A stretch of DNA of 63,986 bases, the filler included, from Basidiobolus ranarum (taxonomy: Eukaryota), in the NCBI GenBank assembly GCA_040143965.1. It is 7 parts of 7 records of this genome, joined end to end, with 100 filler letters (N's around TTAATTAATTAA, not from the genome) between each part and the next. Parts side by side here need not be neighbours in the genome. Positions count along the whole stretch, not along the records: positions 9,266 to 18,414 come from JASJQH010007742.1; positions 18,515 to 27,660 come from JASJQH010007743.1; 5 more parts are not named here. One strand, written 5' to 3'. Positions within the stretch are counted from its first letter, which is position 1. Every line of letters begins with the position of its first letter. The notes under the pieces were generated by a model, which saw nothing but the letters and a program-made list of their open reading frames with translations, made no database searches and was not told where the DNA came from. The translations under genes were made by a program, and so were the position numbers. Below are positions 12,255 to 24,159 of the stretch, one piece after another.

Positions 12255-12481
12255 ATTAATTAGTCAATAGACATTCTTGCTTTAATTTCTCTTTCCCTCA
12301 CAATTACCAATATCATTTGTTTGCCCTTAAATTTATTCATACTTGGATATTTCATGTAGATATATAAAGCTTGACTTTAAGACTTGATTTTCAATAAGAA
12401 TCAAATAAATATACTCAAGAACTAAATAAATATCCACTTCTCAAGAATCACATAAATACATATTAATTTTATTTTAAAGAC

Positions 12482-13739
12482 TCAGTAAAATATAGTCAAT
12501 GTATCCACATGACGCTCAATCTTCCGTAATTCTCCCACCTTACCCATTTTCCAGAGATAATAATCCAGATGAGTTCCAGTCATACTGCTCAGAGGGCTAT
12601 TTTCCAATGTATGTGCTTGTTTGATAACTCTTTCACATGCCTCCACAGCAACGGCTCTTAGGCGAGCGGAGTTCTCCATTCCAAATTCCTCGTTGTTTTC
12701 GATTTTGTTCTTTAATTCATCTGACAATTCGATGATTGAATAGTGAACCAGAAGAGCAGGCAGCACATTATCTGCGAATACGGTAAACTGATCAGCATCA
12801 TAAAAGCCAAATCTTTCTGGATCTTTCTTTCCATATTTACGGCCCAAATCGCTGGCCAAAAGTTGCGCTTTCTTAAATAAATACACGGGGTTCTCGTCGA
12901 TCACTGACATATCTCGAAATCCTGGGATGACTTGAACAAGGTTACGAACCAACTCAGCCGCAGATGGACCTTTCCAGTCCTCAGGCTTGTCGTTGGGTGG
13001 TTTAGTGACATCCAAAATGAATTTGGGAAAGCTAGAGTAGCCATGAGTCGTCAAGGCATCACCTGTGTCATTCAATACTTTGGTAATCTTATCAGCGAAT
13101 GTACGGAGTATATGGGGTTCACCGATGCGAAGGCCTGGCATGGTTGGGTGATCTTTTTCATCGTGAAGTGGGAGACCAAACATGTTAGATATGTCACTGA
13201 TAGTTAACTCGGACAGCGCTGCTGCTGTTAACGCTTGTCCGGAGATATGCATTGATAAGATTCCAAACAGTATCGTTTCTGAGGCACCCTAGAGATAAAA
13301 TGTAGGTAAGTACCTTCAAACCGATTGCAGGGTTTTCAATATATGACGTTTCTTTACTCTATCGGCACTCTTATGAAGTGGTTTGCGAAACCCACAACCA
13401 AATTCGAGAAGATCCCTCAAAGCCAAAAGATTTATCTCATCCTCTAAATTATCAAAGCGTAATGGGACCGAGAAGGGATCTTGGGTGATCAGGGAAGTAT
13501 ACTGTTCCAAATTTATCTGGTTCAGAAAAGTAGAGATAGCCTCCTCATTGATCTAGGCAATAACCTTAGTAAGCATGATAAAAAGTTTCGCAGTGTTTCT
13601 TTACAATTGTCTTGAAGCGAAATAAAATAACTTTCTTTACCTTGAAATTCGGAAATGAAGCAGAAGCACAAGCATTACAAGAGGTTCTAACTGCCTCAAG
13701 GAAGTTACCCTCGGGAAATGTGATGTTAGTATTCACCAT
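12482..13739 (-). CDS. QNG1: Queuosine salvage protein (DUF2419, queuosine 5'-phosphate N-glycosylase), 3 exons
   Basis: MVNTNITFPEGNFLEAVRTSC...; motifs IPGFRD, YLFKKAQLLASDL, FTVFADNVLPALL, LDYYLW. Confidence 0.85.
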
Positions 13740-13896
13740 ATTAAAAATGCTTAAATTGATAATCTAATTGAGTCAATAAATAAAAGGTAAGGAATAAAAA
13801 TATAGTTGCTAGAATCACCTGACTCGGTTGAATGACGTGTATAAAAATGATTATAATAGCATCTCACCATCTTCTGTTGGAGTACAAATTGCAGAA

Positions 13897-14957
13897 ATGT
13901 TTGACTGTCATGCGCATATTTATTCAACACAATTCCTTGGTAAAGATATAACAATCATACTGCAAGAAGCAGAGTTAGTTGGTGTAAAAGGAATACTTTC
14001 TGTTCCTGAAAAACTTTCTGACGTCGATGAGATTCAAGAGTTGGCAAATTTAAATCCAATTATTAAGCCTTGTGCTGGCTTACATCCTGTCCAGGTAGAG
14101 AAAGATGGGAAAGTTAGGTCAGTCATGGAAGTAGAGGTAGGTCCTATGATCGAGAAAATTAGGGAGCTAAATGAGAAACAAAAGATCTTTGCTATTGGTG
14201 AAAGTATGTAGTTCTTTATACAGAAATCTCCCTTCTATATTGAGCTTCTCGTTCACCTTTTACAGTTGGTTTGGACTTTTCTCCTCACGTATTATCAAGT
14301 GAAATAAACCCAAAAGTCTCAGCTGAAAAGCTAAAAGAGATTCAGTGCTATGTTTTTTCGGCACAACTCAAGGTTGCAAGAGAACTCAATTTGGCGGTCA
14401 ATGTACATTCTCGTTCAGCCGGACATTATGCTATTTCAATGCTTGAAGCGCATAAGATAGAGCTAGCTGTGTTGCATGCATATGACGGAAAAGCAAGCTC
14501 GGCTAAAAAGGGAGTTGAGTTGGGGTAAGTAGCGTATAGACTTATAAGGACGCACAAATTTGTGGCATCTTATTATGTTATGTTAGAGCTCACACTTTAC
14601 TCATGTAGTTACTATTTTTCTATTCCGCCCTCAATTCTTCGTTCTCCACAGAAACAAAAGCTAGTTAGTGTAGTACCTCTTTCCAATCTCCTGTTAGAGA
14701 CGGATTCCCCTGCATTAGGCCCTGAGAAAGGGGTTGATAATGTACCAAGTAATTTAATCATATCTGCTCGGGAAATCGCAAGAATCAAAGACGTTTCAGT
14801 GGAGGAAGTGGTAAGTTCTACTGATACTATTCAACAATCAGTCACAACTTCTAATCGAGTTCAATTGTAATTTCTTCCTATTCAGATTCGAATCACCACA
14901 GAAAATGCGTACAAGGTTTTCCCTCTACTCAATAAAAATCCCTTGCAACAATGTTAA
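13897..14957 (+). CDS. TATDN3: TatD-family DNase (TATDN3-like), 4 exons
   Basis: [56 protein letters not shown]. Confidence 0.88.
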
Positions 14958-15553
14958 AATGAAATAAAGAGTCTTAAATCAAGTTGTAAAGACATCGAAT
15001 ATTTATTATGAGTTAGCCAATCCCGAGGGGAGATGCACATTCAGTTCATAACCAAAACGAATCTTCCAACCCCTTTTATCGTGCCAGAGATGTTCTGATA
15101 CAAGGCCCGGATAACCTCAGTCATTTGACCAATTTCATTCCATGGCCCAGGTTACTTACTATCTCAACGCTCAATTTCAATTGCCCCCAGATCTCACCAC
15201 TACCGATTGCCCAGGAAAGTTTTCTGGGGCCTAGATGTAAGTTTGGCCCTATCTTGGTACAACTGATTCTCTGTACCTTGCAATATTCACCACCCAGCTC
15301 CCCTTATCCACCCCTCTCAGCCAATCGATTCGACAGTGGCGTAACCCTCAGGAAACCCGCTCACCACATGCCCCTTCTTGCGACCCCCTCCCCTCCATTG
15401 ATTCCCATCCACAAAAAGGGCTGCAAACACCTATTCCAGTCAATTTTCTCCTCTTTCCCTTCTCCTCTATCGATAAACCACCCCTTCCAACTGAGTGATA
15501 GATTCATTCGCTCCACACCTTAGTATCTTTCAACGAGACATTTAATCAATCCT

Positions 15554-16465
15554 ATGACTAGACCAAAGAAGGCCAACACTGGGTCCAATATATTTGCTCA
15601 ACTTAGCGTAGCAGATGCGTTGCAGGTACATATGCTCTTTGATCACCCAAAATTGCTGATTTCTTGATGATTGATTGTTCCTCTTTGTCGCAGTTGAGCG
15701 AAAACTACTCAACTCTTGCGGCTAGTATGTTAAAAATCTCAGAGATATACAAAAAAGCAGTTGAAAACGAGGGTAGTCTACTTCCCAAGAAAGCGGCCAA
15801 AGACCCTAACGCTCCTAAAAAGCCCTTCACTCCTTATATCTTGTTTTGTAATGATGAAAGAGATACAATTCGAAAGAAATTCCCGAAATACACCAGTCAA
15901 CAAATCTCTCGAGAATTAGGAGTTGCTTGGAAAGGTCTCAGTGAGGATGATAAAGCAGTGAGTGTAGTATATATTATCGACGCGGTGACTTGAAGCTTTC
16001 AACTTAAACTTTTCTATTAAGGTTTATCTAACGAGACATATCCGTGAGAACGAGGTATATGGAAGAGAGTTGGAAGAATACAAAGCCAAGCAAGGAGTGA
16101 CCGCTACACTTGAAGCAGCCAATCTCATCTCTCCTACCGAAATCCCTGCACCAATGAAATTAACCGACTCCGAGCCAGAAGAGGCCTCTGAATTAAGTGA
16201 CAACAGTTCAGATTTAGGAAAGCACAGTACGAAGGGTAGTTCGGAGAGTGAAGGCGAATATGAAATAGATGATGATGGTGAAGCGAAGCCCGAGTCACCT
16301 AAAAAGCGGACAAAGACCAACGGCCAGTATTACAAGGTAAATGGGGGTAAAAAGCGTGTGAGTGATGATTCCTCCACAGCTGCATCATCACCTGAAAGTA
16401 CACCTCCACCACCAAGTAGAGACCGTGCTAGCCTTCAGAAAAAGAAATCGACAAGGAGAACGTGA
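15554..16465 (+). CDS. Single HMG-box protein (HMGB/Nhp6/Hmo1 type) with acidic then basic tail, 3 exons
   Basis: KDPNAPKKPFTPYILFCNDER...ISRELGVAWKGLSEDDKA|VY...YKAK. Confidence 0.85.
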
Positions 16466-17354
16466 TTTCTCTTATAGCATTGCTGTCCAATCAATCTATT
16501 CTCTTGAACCACTTCGCACTGAAATGTAAAAGCCTCTCTTCCTCTTCGTCATTGTTATTTCTGTCATCATATCTTAGCTAATCTTTCATACTATTGCTCA
16601 CTTGCAACTTCTACACTTTTTTGTCTAATCGTCATTAAAAATTACTACATATCCCTATGATCTATGCTGTGTCTATAAGTAGTGAAGTCGTTGATGAGAA
16701 AGGGAATTCTGGTGTTTGATAGATTAACTGAATGAGGGCGAATGCGAAGAGCTCATTCGCTAACGCTTCGTGTTTAATGTTTATTCTGATTATTCTATAT
16801 AAAGGAAAGGCGAAGGTGAGAATTTATCGCTGAACAGATTTTGATGAAGAAAAGCTATATATATGTTCCACATATATTCTAGAGAAACAAGAACTTGGCA
16901 TAAAATGATAGGCCATCCGTGGAGCCAAATATAGGAAATTTAGATGTCTCCGTAAGATGGTTACCCAAAATTGGACGAGTCAAAAATTTACATGTTGAGG
17001 TAGCTCTAAATAGAGAAGAATCAAGCTAACCAAGATCGACACATAATTTAAAGTTGTTATTGATTATATAGGTTCCTATTGGTATTGTCCATTCGTGAGT
17101 GGGTGGCATAGAAATTGCCAGGTGGAAAGCCGTAACTTGATTGCCAATTTGGGAAAGGCACCGTGGACAAGTAAGAATGAACCTCGACTCCGATCTCAAT
17201 CTCCTATTAAATTGGCACCTCTACTCGTAGTAGAGACTGAATATGCATCGGATTTCTTTTACTACCATCTTCTTGTAACGTCTACCAAACCTTTTTGTTT
17301 TTACTTGTGATTTATTCTTTTTTGTGATTCTCTTTGTTCATAATACCATACACC

Positions 17355-18397
17355 ATGCACGACCAGTTATACGAGAGCTGCTCCGAGAAGGGAGCACATA
17401 TCACGTATGCCAGAACTTTCAACGGAAAAGGTTACCTTTATGTATTGTACCGATACCTTCATTGATAGATACTAACACGATAATACTTGACCATTCTACC
17501 CGGTTGTCGACAGCCTTCAAAATGCCGTATGTTCCCGATGTTTTGACCACTCTATTTGACCCTGAGGTGGAAAAATCCGTAGCAGAATATATGACTTTGT
17601 TAGCGCTCTTTGGTCAAATCACACTGTTCTTTATCCTTCCAGAGGTAGAACGTCAGAATTTCTTTATATACTCCTTTTTGTTCTGGCGATTACTGCACCA
17701 ATTTGGAATTGGTTTATTACTTCGATATCAAAGCATTGATAACGGTCTAGTGCGGTTTGTCGAACAAAGTCAATGCTTCACTAAGGAGAGCTCTTATAAT
17801 AAGCTTGTCACTTCTATTCTGAAGAGTAAAATGGGGGAGAATTACGTATATGAGGTATATATAAGCTGAGTGCTCTGAAAATCCAATCAATTAATCTCAT
17901 TTCTTGAGTTTAGCAAGCGCCTATAGAATTTAATACGTGGCTCCTATTTCGACAGCTTGTAGACTTGATCATTGTTAATGATTTTTTCTCGTACGTCTGC
18001 TTCGCGCTGTCCTTTTTCTACATATCACCCGAATCAACGATATTCCAACTGACTCTTCGATGGGGTATAGGCATCAGCCTCGTAATTTTTCAATTGCGCA
18101 CCCAACTAAGCTTGCAGAGCTCGCCTCAAAATCACTCTATATGTAAGTAATTTTCTGAGCACTTGGGTTCACTGTTGTACGCTGATCTTATAATCCGACC
18201 TAGATTGGGCCAATTTCTTTTTCCAATCGGAAAGAAGGAGCTTTATACGGGGAATAAATGGACCTCTCTCTTCTACAATGTTGGTTACGTTGGTTATTAT
18301 GGAATGTCACTTATCACATCTAGCTATGCGGTTCTATATGGCAGTCTCTTTGCACATGTTACGCAGCTCTTATTTCTTCTTCTGGTTGAAAATCCTC
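17355..18397 (+). CDS. CHO2: Phosphatidylethanolamine N-methyltransferase (Cho2)-like gene, diverged, possibly frameshifted, 3'-truncated
   Basis: TYARTFNGKAFKMP...LFDP, FWRLLHQFGIGLLLRYQS, APIEFNTWLLFRQLVDLIIVNDF, YWANFFF, YNVGYVGYYG, LLVENP. The last two motifs lie in a different frame from YWANFFF. Confidence 0.8.
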
Positions 18398-18414
18398 GTA
18401 AGTAAACCAATATC

Positions 18415-18514
18415 NNNNNNNNNNNNNNNNNNNNNNNNNNNNNNNNNNNNNNNNNNNNTTAATTAATTAANNNNNNNNNNNNNNNNNNNNNNNNNNNNNN
18501 NNNNNNNNNNNNNN
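18415..18514. other. Artificial contig linker
   Basis: N-run + TTAATTAATTAA + N-run. Confidence 0.98.
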
Positions 18515-18576
18515 GGATTTGAACCTGGGACCTCCTTCACTCTAGCAAGGTGCTCTGACCACTGAGCTACCAGTCC
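18515..18576 (-). ncRNA. tRNA-derived sequence (pseudo-tRNA, SINE-like head or Pol III cassette), 3' end lost in the gap
   Basis: GGACTGG TA GCTC-AGTGGTCA-GAGC A CCTTG-CTAGAGT-GAAGG AGGTC CCAGG-TTCAAAT-CC. A and B boxes and D arm are intact. The anticodon stem has a G.G mismatch, and AGA sits with a short variable loop. Confidence 0.75.
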
Positions 18577-18753
18577 TTGTATGCTATGCCTATATTGCTA
18601 GGGAACCTTAACCTAGTCTGTCAATATATGTTACTTTGGCATTTCAGCTTTATAAGCAACTGATTGGCCTTAGACTTTGTGTTCAGATGCAGTCACCATA
18701 CTCCATACTTTCCTCTTTGGGAATTACTGCTTGTACCACAAGTCACCAGACTT

Positions 18754-19006
18754 TCAACAGGCACCTCCCAACATTTCACAAATGAAAAATGTTGATTTGT
18801 GGATTATGAAGAAATCCCAATTAGAGAGTTTTGCATTGTTTTCTTCTCCTACAACAGTGACCCAAAGTCCTTTTTCTTGCAGCAGCATTTTCATTTTAAT
18901 TTTCCAAATTTGATAATTGGTTCCATCCAACTTTTCAGAAGAGGGAAAAGTTTCATATATGTGAAAAGTAGATATTACAGAGAGTGCAAGCTTGGGGCTC
19001 ATAACC
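18754..19006 (-). mobile_element. Internal region of a deleted Ty1/copia element: PBS plus gag N-terminus
   Basis: PBS GGTTATGAGCCC immediately follows the LTR. The ORF contains EKLDGTNYQIWKIKMKMLLQEKGLW, typical of a copia gag N-terminus. Confidence 0.88.
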
Positions 19007-19353
19007 TGTTAAAGTATTTGGGAGCCTATTGGAAGTGAGGTGGAGAACTAGAGAAATTGGTGATTTTCATGTATTGGTTTATTGAGTAGAAAATGACATT
19101 TGTACATTTATCAAGATGTAAATAAGCAAACATATGGAAAGTGTTGAGGAGGGTCCCAGAAGCATGTGTGCAATGTTTCAGGATGATAGTGCAAGTCTGA
19201 AAAATCTGTATATCTGAGAACTTCCAAGTTGGTAAAAATATTCTCAGTAAATTCCAATTGAGAATAATGAGTAATATCTTAGTGAAATATAAGATAACCA
19301 AATACTTGGCTATATATGACCATATAGGTGTTTAGACAATGCTAACTTCAACA
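19007..19353 (-). mobile_element. 5' LTR (347 bp) of the Ty1/copia element
   Basis: TGTTG...AACA termini, adjacent PBS, and multiple homologous copies in the window. Confidence 0.9.
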
Positions 19354-21487
19354 TCATTCACAGTCTGATGAGATAAGTGACACTCTCTTGTACCTCCACA
19401 CTAGAGATATGATTGAAATTCTATTTGTTATACATATGAATTATTTGTAATCACATACTTATCAACATGCCTACATCTGTTCCAATGAATAGAGTTTGCA
19501 GTGCAAATTTTACTATCAACTCATCTTGATTTCATTGTATTTATAAGAAATGTAGTATCACTCCATAGCCAAAGTGAAAGAGAACATTCGATCCTAAAAG
19601 AATACCCATATATGTGTACGATTTCAGAGATTCTTCCATTGTATGATACAACAACTGATATATAGCGTATGTATAGAATATACAGTTGGCTACAAAGCCA
19701 AAGAATGCCTTTATGTTCTATATCAACTCCCAAAAGAGAGCAATTTAACACCGTTATGGATTTGCAAGTTGCGGCATGATGAGAAGTATATGCTCCCATA
19801 ATATTCTGTTATGTATTGAATTAGAGAGTCTTCAAAAGGTTGACTTTACCCGCACAAAAAATTCGATTTTCAGAACAAAGTTAAATTGAAATGAGGATAC
19901 TGTTGTAGATTGGATATGCAGTGTAAAAGTCACTCCCTTCTCGAATGCTTTGCAATTATACCATATTCTCAAAATGCCTCACCCGACATCATTAGCGTGA
20001 TTTCATTTGTTATCACTCATACTGTTAGCGCAGATTTTAGCATTCTAAGCGTCCTAGACAAACTCCACTCCCCCTAACCCTCACTAGAGGTATGGCCATA
20101 ACTATCGTCTATTTTACCGGGCTATAGAAACCCTACTATATTCACATGTTCTTATACTTCCGTTGAATTATAAATGACTCCTTGGCTACGTTTCAGTTGA
20201 TTAGTGTGTTTTGAGTTAATTGGATAAGCAAGTAAATTTCGGTATAGATGAGTGGGTATTGGATGGCGTTAACAATGGATATCAACTAGACTATCATGAT
20301 TGTTGGATCTAACTCGCTATCATAGATCACAATGTGGTATGGATAGGGATAGAATACCCAGTTAAGAATTATATACTAGAATGTGTTCTTCCTTGAATAC
20401 TACACTATATATGGCACCACACGTCATAGTCACCCCTCGAAATAGATATGGACACCTCGCGTCGATGCTATATTAATTACTCTCATTTTTTATAGTAATG
20501 CCAGATATTTGGATAACACGCTACCATATATATCAGTAGATAGTTTCATTTGGTACTGCGCTTACTGATGTGTTTTCTTGGTGAGCAGAAAGGAGCACAA
20601 CGATGATTGGCAGTTCAATGACTCGCTTTTCTAGATGTGGAGCACTTTGAAGGCCAGTAGCATGTACTGCACTAACCCGTAGATAAGCCATTGCAAAGTA
20701 TTTACATCAGCAACAATATAATATGATAGAATTCGTGAGACTGATACTAATGAATACAATAAATCTGGGATTATTCTAAAGTTTAAAGTCCATCAATAGA
20801 AGTCCAATCTATTACCAAATGTAGTAAATCAGATAAAAAATTTAGAATGTGGAAAATTCGACTTTTAACACATTCCATATTTTCTACCGTGATTTTGTAT
20901 GCCAAATATACGAGTGTCAGCACCGGATTAGTGATTGCTGAAGTAGGACATTACTTTATTTAACACTTTTGCCTCAGTACAGCACTCATGATTGATAATG
21001 AACTAAACCACACAAGTTCCTGTAGCTTACATGTGTACATCCCCAAACATGTAGTTGTAAACAAGGATAAGCCAATGTTGGAATTTTTTTCGTACGTTTA
21101 TACTCACTGCCATTTGATAGTAACGGTTAGATATATTGCTCAATATCATGAAATATACTATATATTGAGTGATGATAGCTAACACCCGGTCAAAATTATT
21201 TAAAACTGAAAACATCCAGTCAAGTTTTTGCAATGGTGAGCTAATTGTTCTATTTGTATTGCTCATGATAGTCAACATATAAACATTTCATATTTGCGTA
21301 GTTTACATGCTTTAACAGAAATCGCTTACTTTCCTTTGCGCTCCGTTGTAACAAGTGTACCATAAAGAAAAATTCGCCCTTAAATAAATAATTAATCATT
21401 TTTATAGTTGGAATAGGTATGTAAAGGGGAAAAGCAATCAGTAATTAGGGCCATATAAAGAGGAGAATTTCACAGATGAGGGGAGCT

Positions 21488-21727
21488 TTAACGCTTTAGT
21501 ATACTGTCAGTATTCTGCAGTAACAAAGAGAGTTTTCTGTCCAAATCATCCAGCTTAGTAACTTTTCGTTCATGAAATTCTTTGAGTAACGACTCGTGAT
21601 TCCTTTTTAATTCTTTGAATTCGTTGTCTAGCTGATGATGCCATGGATAGAGAACTCCAACTTGAAAGCTTAATGCGCTTGTGGCAATGGCAAAGTTTAC
21701 CACTGATAGAATCTTAAATTTGGTCAT
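21488..21727 (-). CDS. Small conserved fungal membrane/coiled-coil protein; an upstream exon is possible
   Basis: NFAIATSALSFQVGVLYPWHHQLDNEFKELK resembles a small uncharacterised fungal family. One hydrophobic segment followed by a coiled coil. Confidence 0.65.
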   Translation of the reverse strand: MTKFKILSVVNFAIATSALSFQVGVLYPWHHQLDNEFKELKRNHESLLKEFHERKVTKLDDLDRKLSLLLQNTDSILKR

Positions 21728-24159
21728 CACAGAGTATATAGAGGAGAGACTGGCACAGTGGTAGACTTGGGTATGGCTGCTAAAGTCGCAAGAAGATGAA
21801 AAGGAATCACAGACGTGGTGCGCAGGGATCGATGATGGTGGACCTATGTTTATATTGCTTTGAAAACCTCCGTATTATGGATTGTGAGTCAGGAACTCCA
21901 AAATTAGACCTGTTGCATCGGGCCAGGGGTTCACAAACCCTGGCTCGGAATGCTAAACTTGATAGACCGAAGTACAGGATAGTGGAATTCGAGTCATTAC
22001 TAATATAGAATATTCAGTACCAAATGTCACTACAGAATAGAATAAGTCCATTTCTCTCGCTTAAACACACATACATCTGCTATTGGTTCCTTCATTAACC
22101 TTTTCCGACTTTTGCCTCGTGCAACAAACAAAATTCAGGCATCGATTTGGAAACCATGTCCCACAACCCCATGGCAACTTACCAAGGCAAATATACCTTC
22201 ACGTGCCTGTCCAATACTCCATAGGATCCAAATAACGGGTTGTCACCTACGAAGTTTTCCATCTGGCTACTAGCACTTGAAACAGGCTCAATATTGTCTC
22301 TAAACACACTTGACTTTTTTCAATACTAGTACGGAGCCTACCATACCCATGGCCCTTCAATCGAACCAATATATCTTCCAAAAGTGGGAGAGATTCCACT
22401 GGTTTTTTGAGTGTTAAAATTGGGTGATCAACCGGGCCACATCTATGTAAGATGAGCTAAGCTTTTGAGGAAATGTAACAACGCGAACTAGAGTGCTTGA
22501 ACCAACAAAGCAACCCCTTTAAATTAAGAAAAGCTTGTGTGATTCAGGAAATAATAATTACTTCTTCCTTAATCTAAAGAAATTGAACAATGGTTCAGTA
22601 TAATTCCAAACTTTGGCTTCACTAGATTCAGTAGAGATAACTTTGGTCAATAACGTACTCCCAGGAAAATCGGCAACCCAGAGACTCCCAAGTATTGTAC
22701 CATCTTCAATCTTTATTGGGAATCCTTCAATTAACGCTATGATAAGAATTCCGTATGGAACCTGTGTACCATGTGTCCAAAATATGATTACAAATGAGGT
22801 TCCAGAGGTCAAGGAATCGAACGAAACAAGCTGTATTTGGAACCAGATGAGTCCGGCACCAAACCAACTATTAAATGAATTGTTGTATTAGAAATCTTGA
22901 AATATTGTTGTTAAATATGGTTTTGTAGATTCCTATAGTATTATATCATCCGAAGATCAATCAAATATAGTGCTGGATTCTATTCTGGAATTGGAAGTAA
23001 GAATTCTGCTTAGTCATTGAAATCAATGAATTCATCGAATCGAGATTCGATCCCTATTGTATGATAATCGTACAAAAATTTGCTCACCTACTAAGAATTG
23101 AATGCAGTACTGTTGGTTGAAACGCACATTTTAGTAGTATATATGTTTCAATATGAAAGATTTGAATAATATTTGAACTTCTTTCATAGCTTGTAGTTTG
23201 GTTCTTACTTTTTATACTAAAGAGTCATTTTGTTGTTTTAATCTAAATGCTATATCTTATGGCAAAGATAAGTCTGAGAAAACGAAAACACTGACTGCTG
23301 TTATTATTATAGTAGATGGTACTTGAAGGTTATATTAGATAAGACCCACTGTTCTGATTTGGAACAAACATTACATAGGACATGTCATAGAAGATTGAAG
23401 TTGATAGAAGGCAGCTTTCGAATGATTACAGGCATTGCCATAAGTGTGACGATGTCTATCAATAAACTAAAGTATACCAACACATATCGCTGTTGCAAAC
23501 ATTAGCCACAAAAGTGGTTTCAGTCGAGTGACCTGTCCTATCAAGTGAGATGTCCACACAAAAGCATCAGTCTCCGTCTTCAATATCGATTTCATTCTGC
23601 CTGTTGTGCAAACAGATTGCTTTATTTTGACTAAACATGTCACTTTGCTTGTATGTTGGGACAAGTAGAGATTATCATACACCTATTCAAGTAATAGTCT
23701 CCGATGGCCAAGTCATTGAAAATGAGTAAGCAGTGTTGGTTTCGTATGAGTATGGAAAGTAAACTACGTGGAAACAATGATGCCGCCCTGATTTGAAATG
23801 GTTTTGTTGTCAATCTTCAGCAAAGAATACTCCATAGTGTGCTTTCGTATTTTGGTGCTAGTTTCAACTTACTACACTAAGGCAAAACGTAGTACTATAG
23901 TATCCAGCAAATTATAAATTAGCTGAATTAAAACTCTTAAGGCTTACAACTGCGGTTTTCTACTAGTTGAAATATCACTCTATTTTCGCAACTAGCGGAA
24001 GATGTCTTTAATCAAGACAAGATCAAAGAAGAAACCATGAGACAGAGAATGGTGACGTTTCTTAAGAGCTCCCAGCCAACGATTCTCATGCACAATCATA
24101 TATAAAGATATGATAGATATAGTATGTCCTATCAGTCTTATTATTCCTGTTAACCATCA

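Noticed and set aside
15554-16465. HMG-box gene as a mating-type (sexP/sexM) locus
   Set aside because: DPNAPKKP...Y..F with an acidic tail is HMGB/Nhp6-type rather than MATA_HMG, and no triose-phosphate transporter or RNA helicase flanks it.
18515-18576. Functional tRNA-Ser(AGA)
   Set aside because: No long variable arm, a mismatched anticodon stem, and the 3' half of the acceptor stem is not visible. Reported as tRNA-derived instead.
22100-22900. Coding-like stretches on both strands
   Set aside because: No recognisable family or consistent exon chain; left unannotated.
23323-23695. Possible ankyrin pseudogene (EQTLHRTCH; HFACMLGQVEIIIHLF)
   Set aside because: Only two short motif-like pieces amid stops; too weak to call without a profile search.
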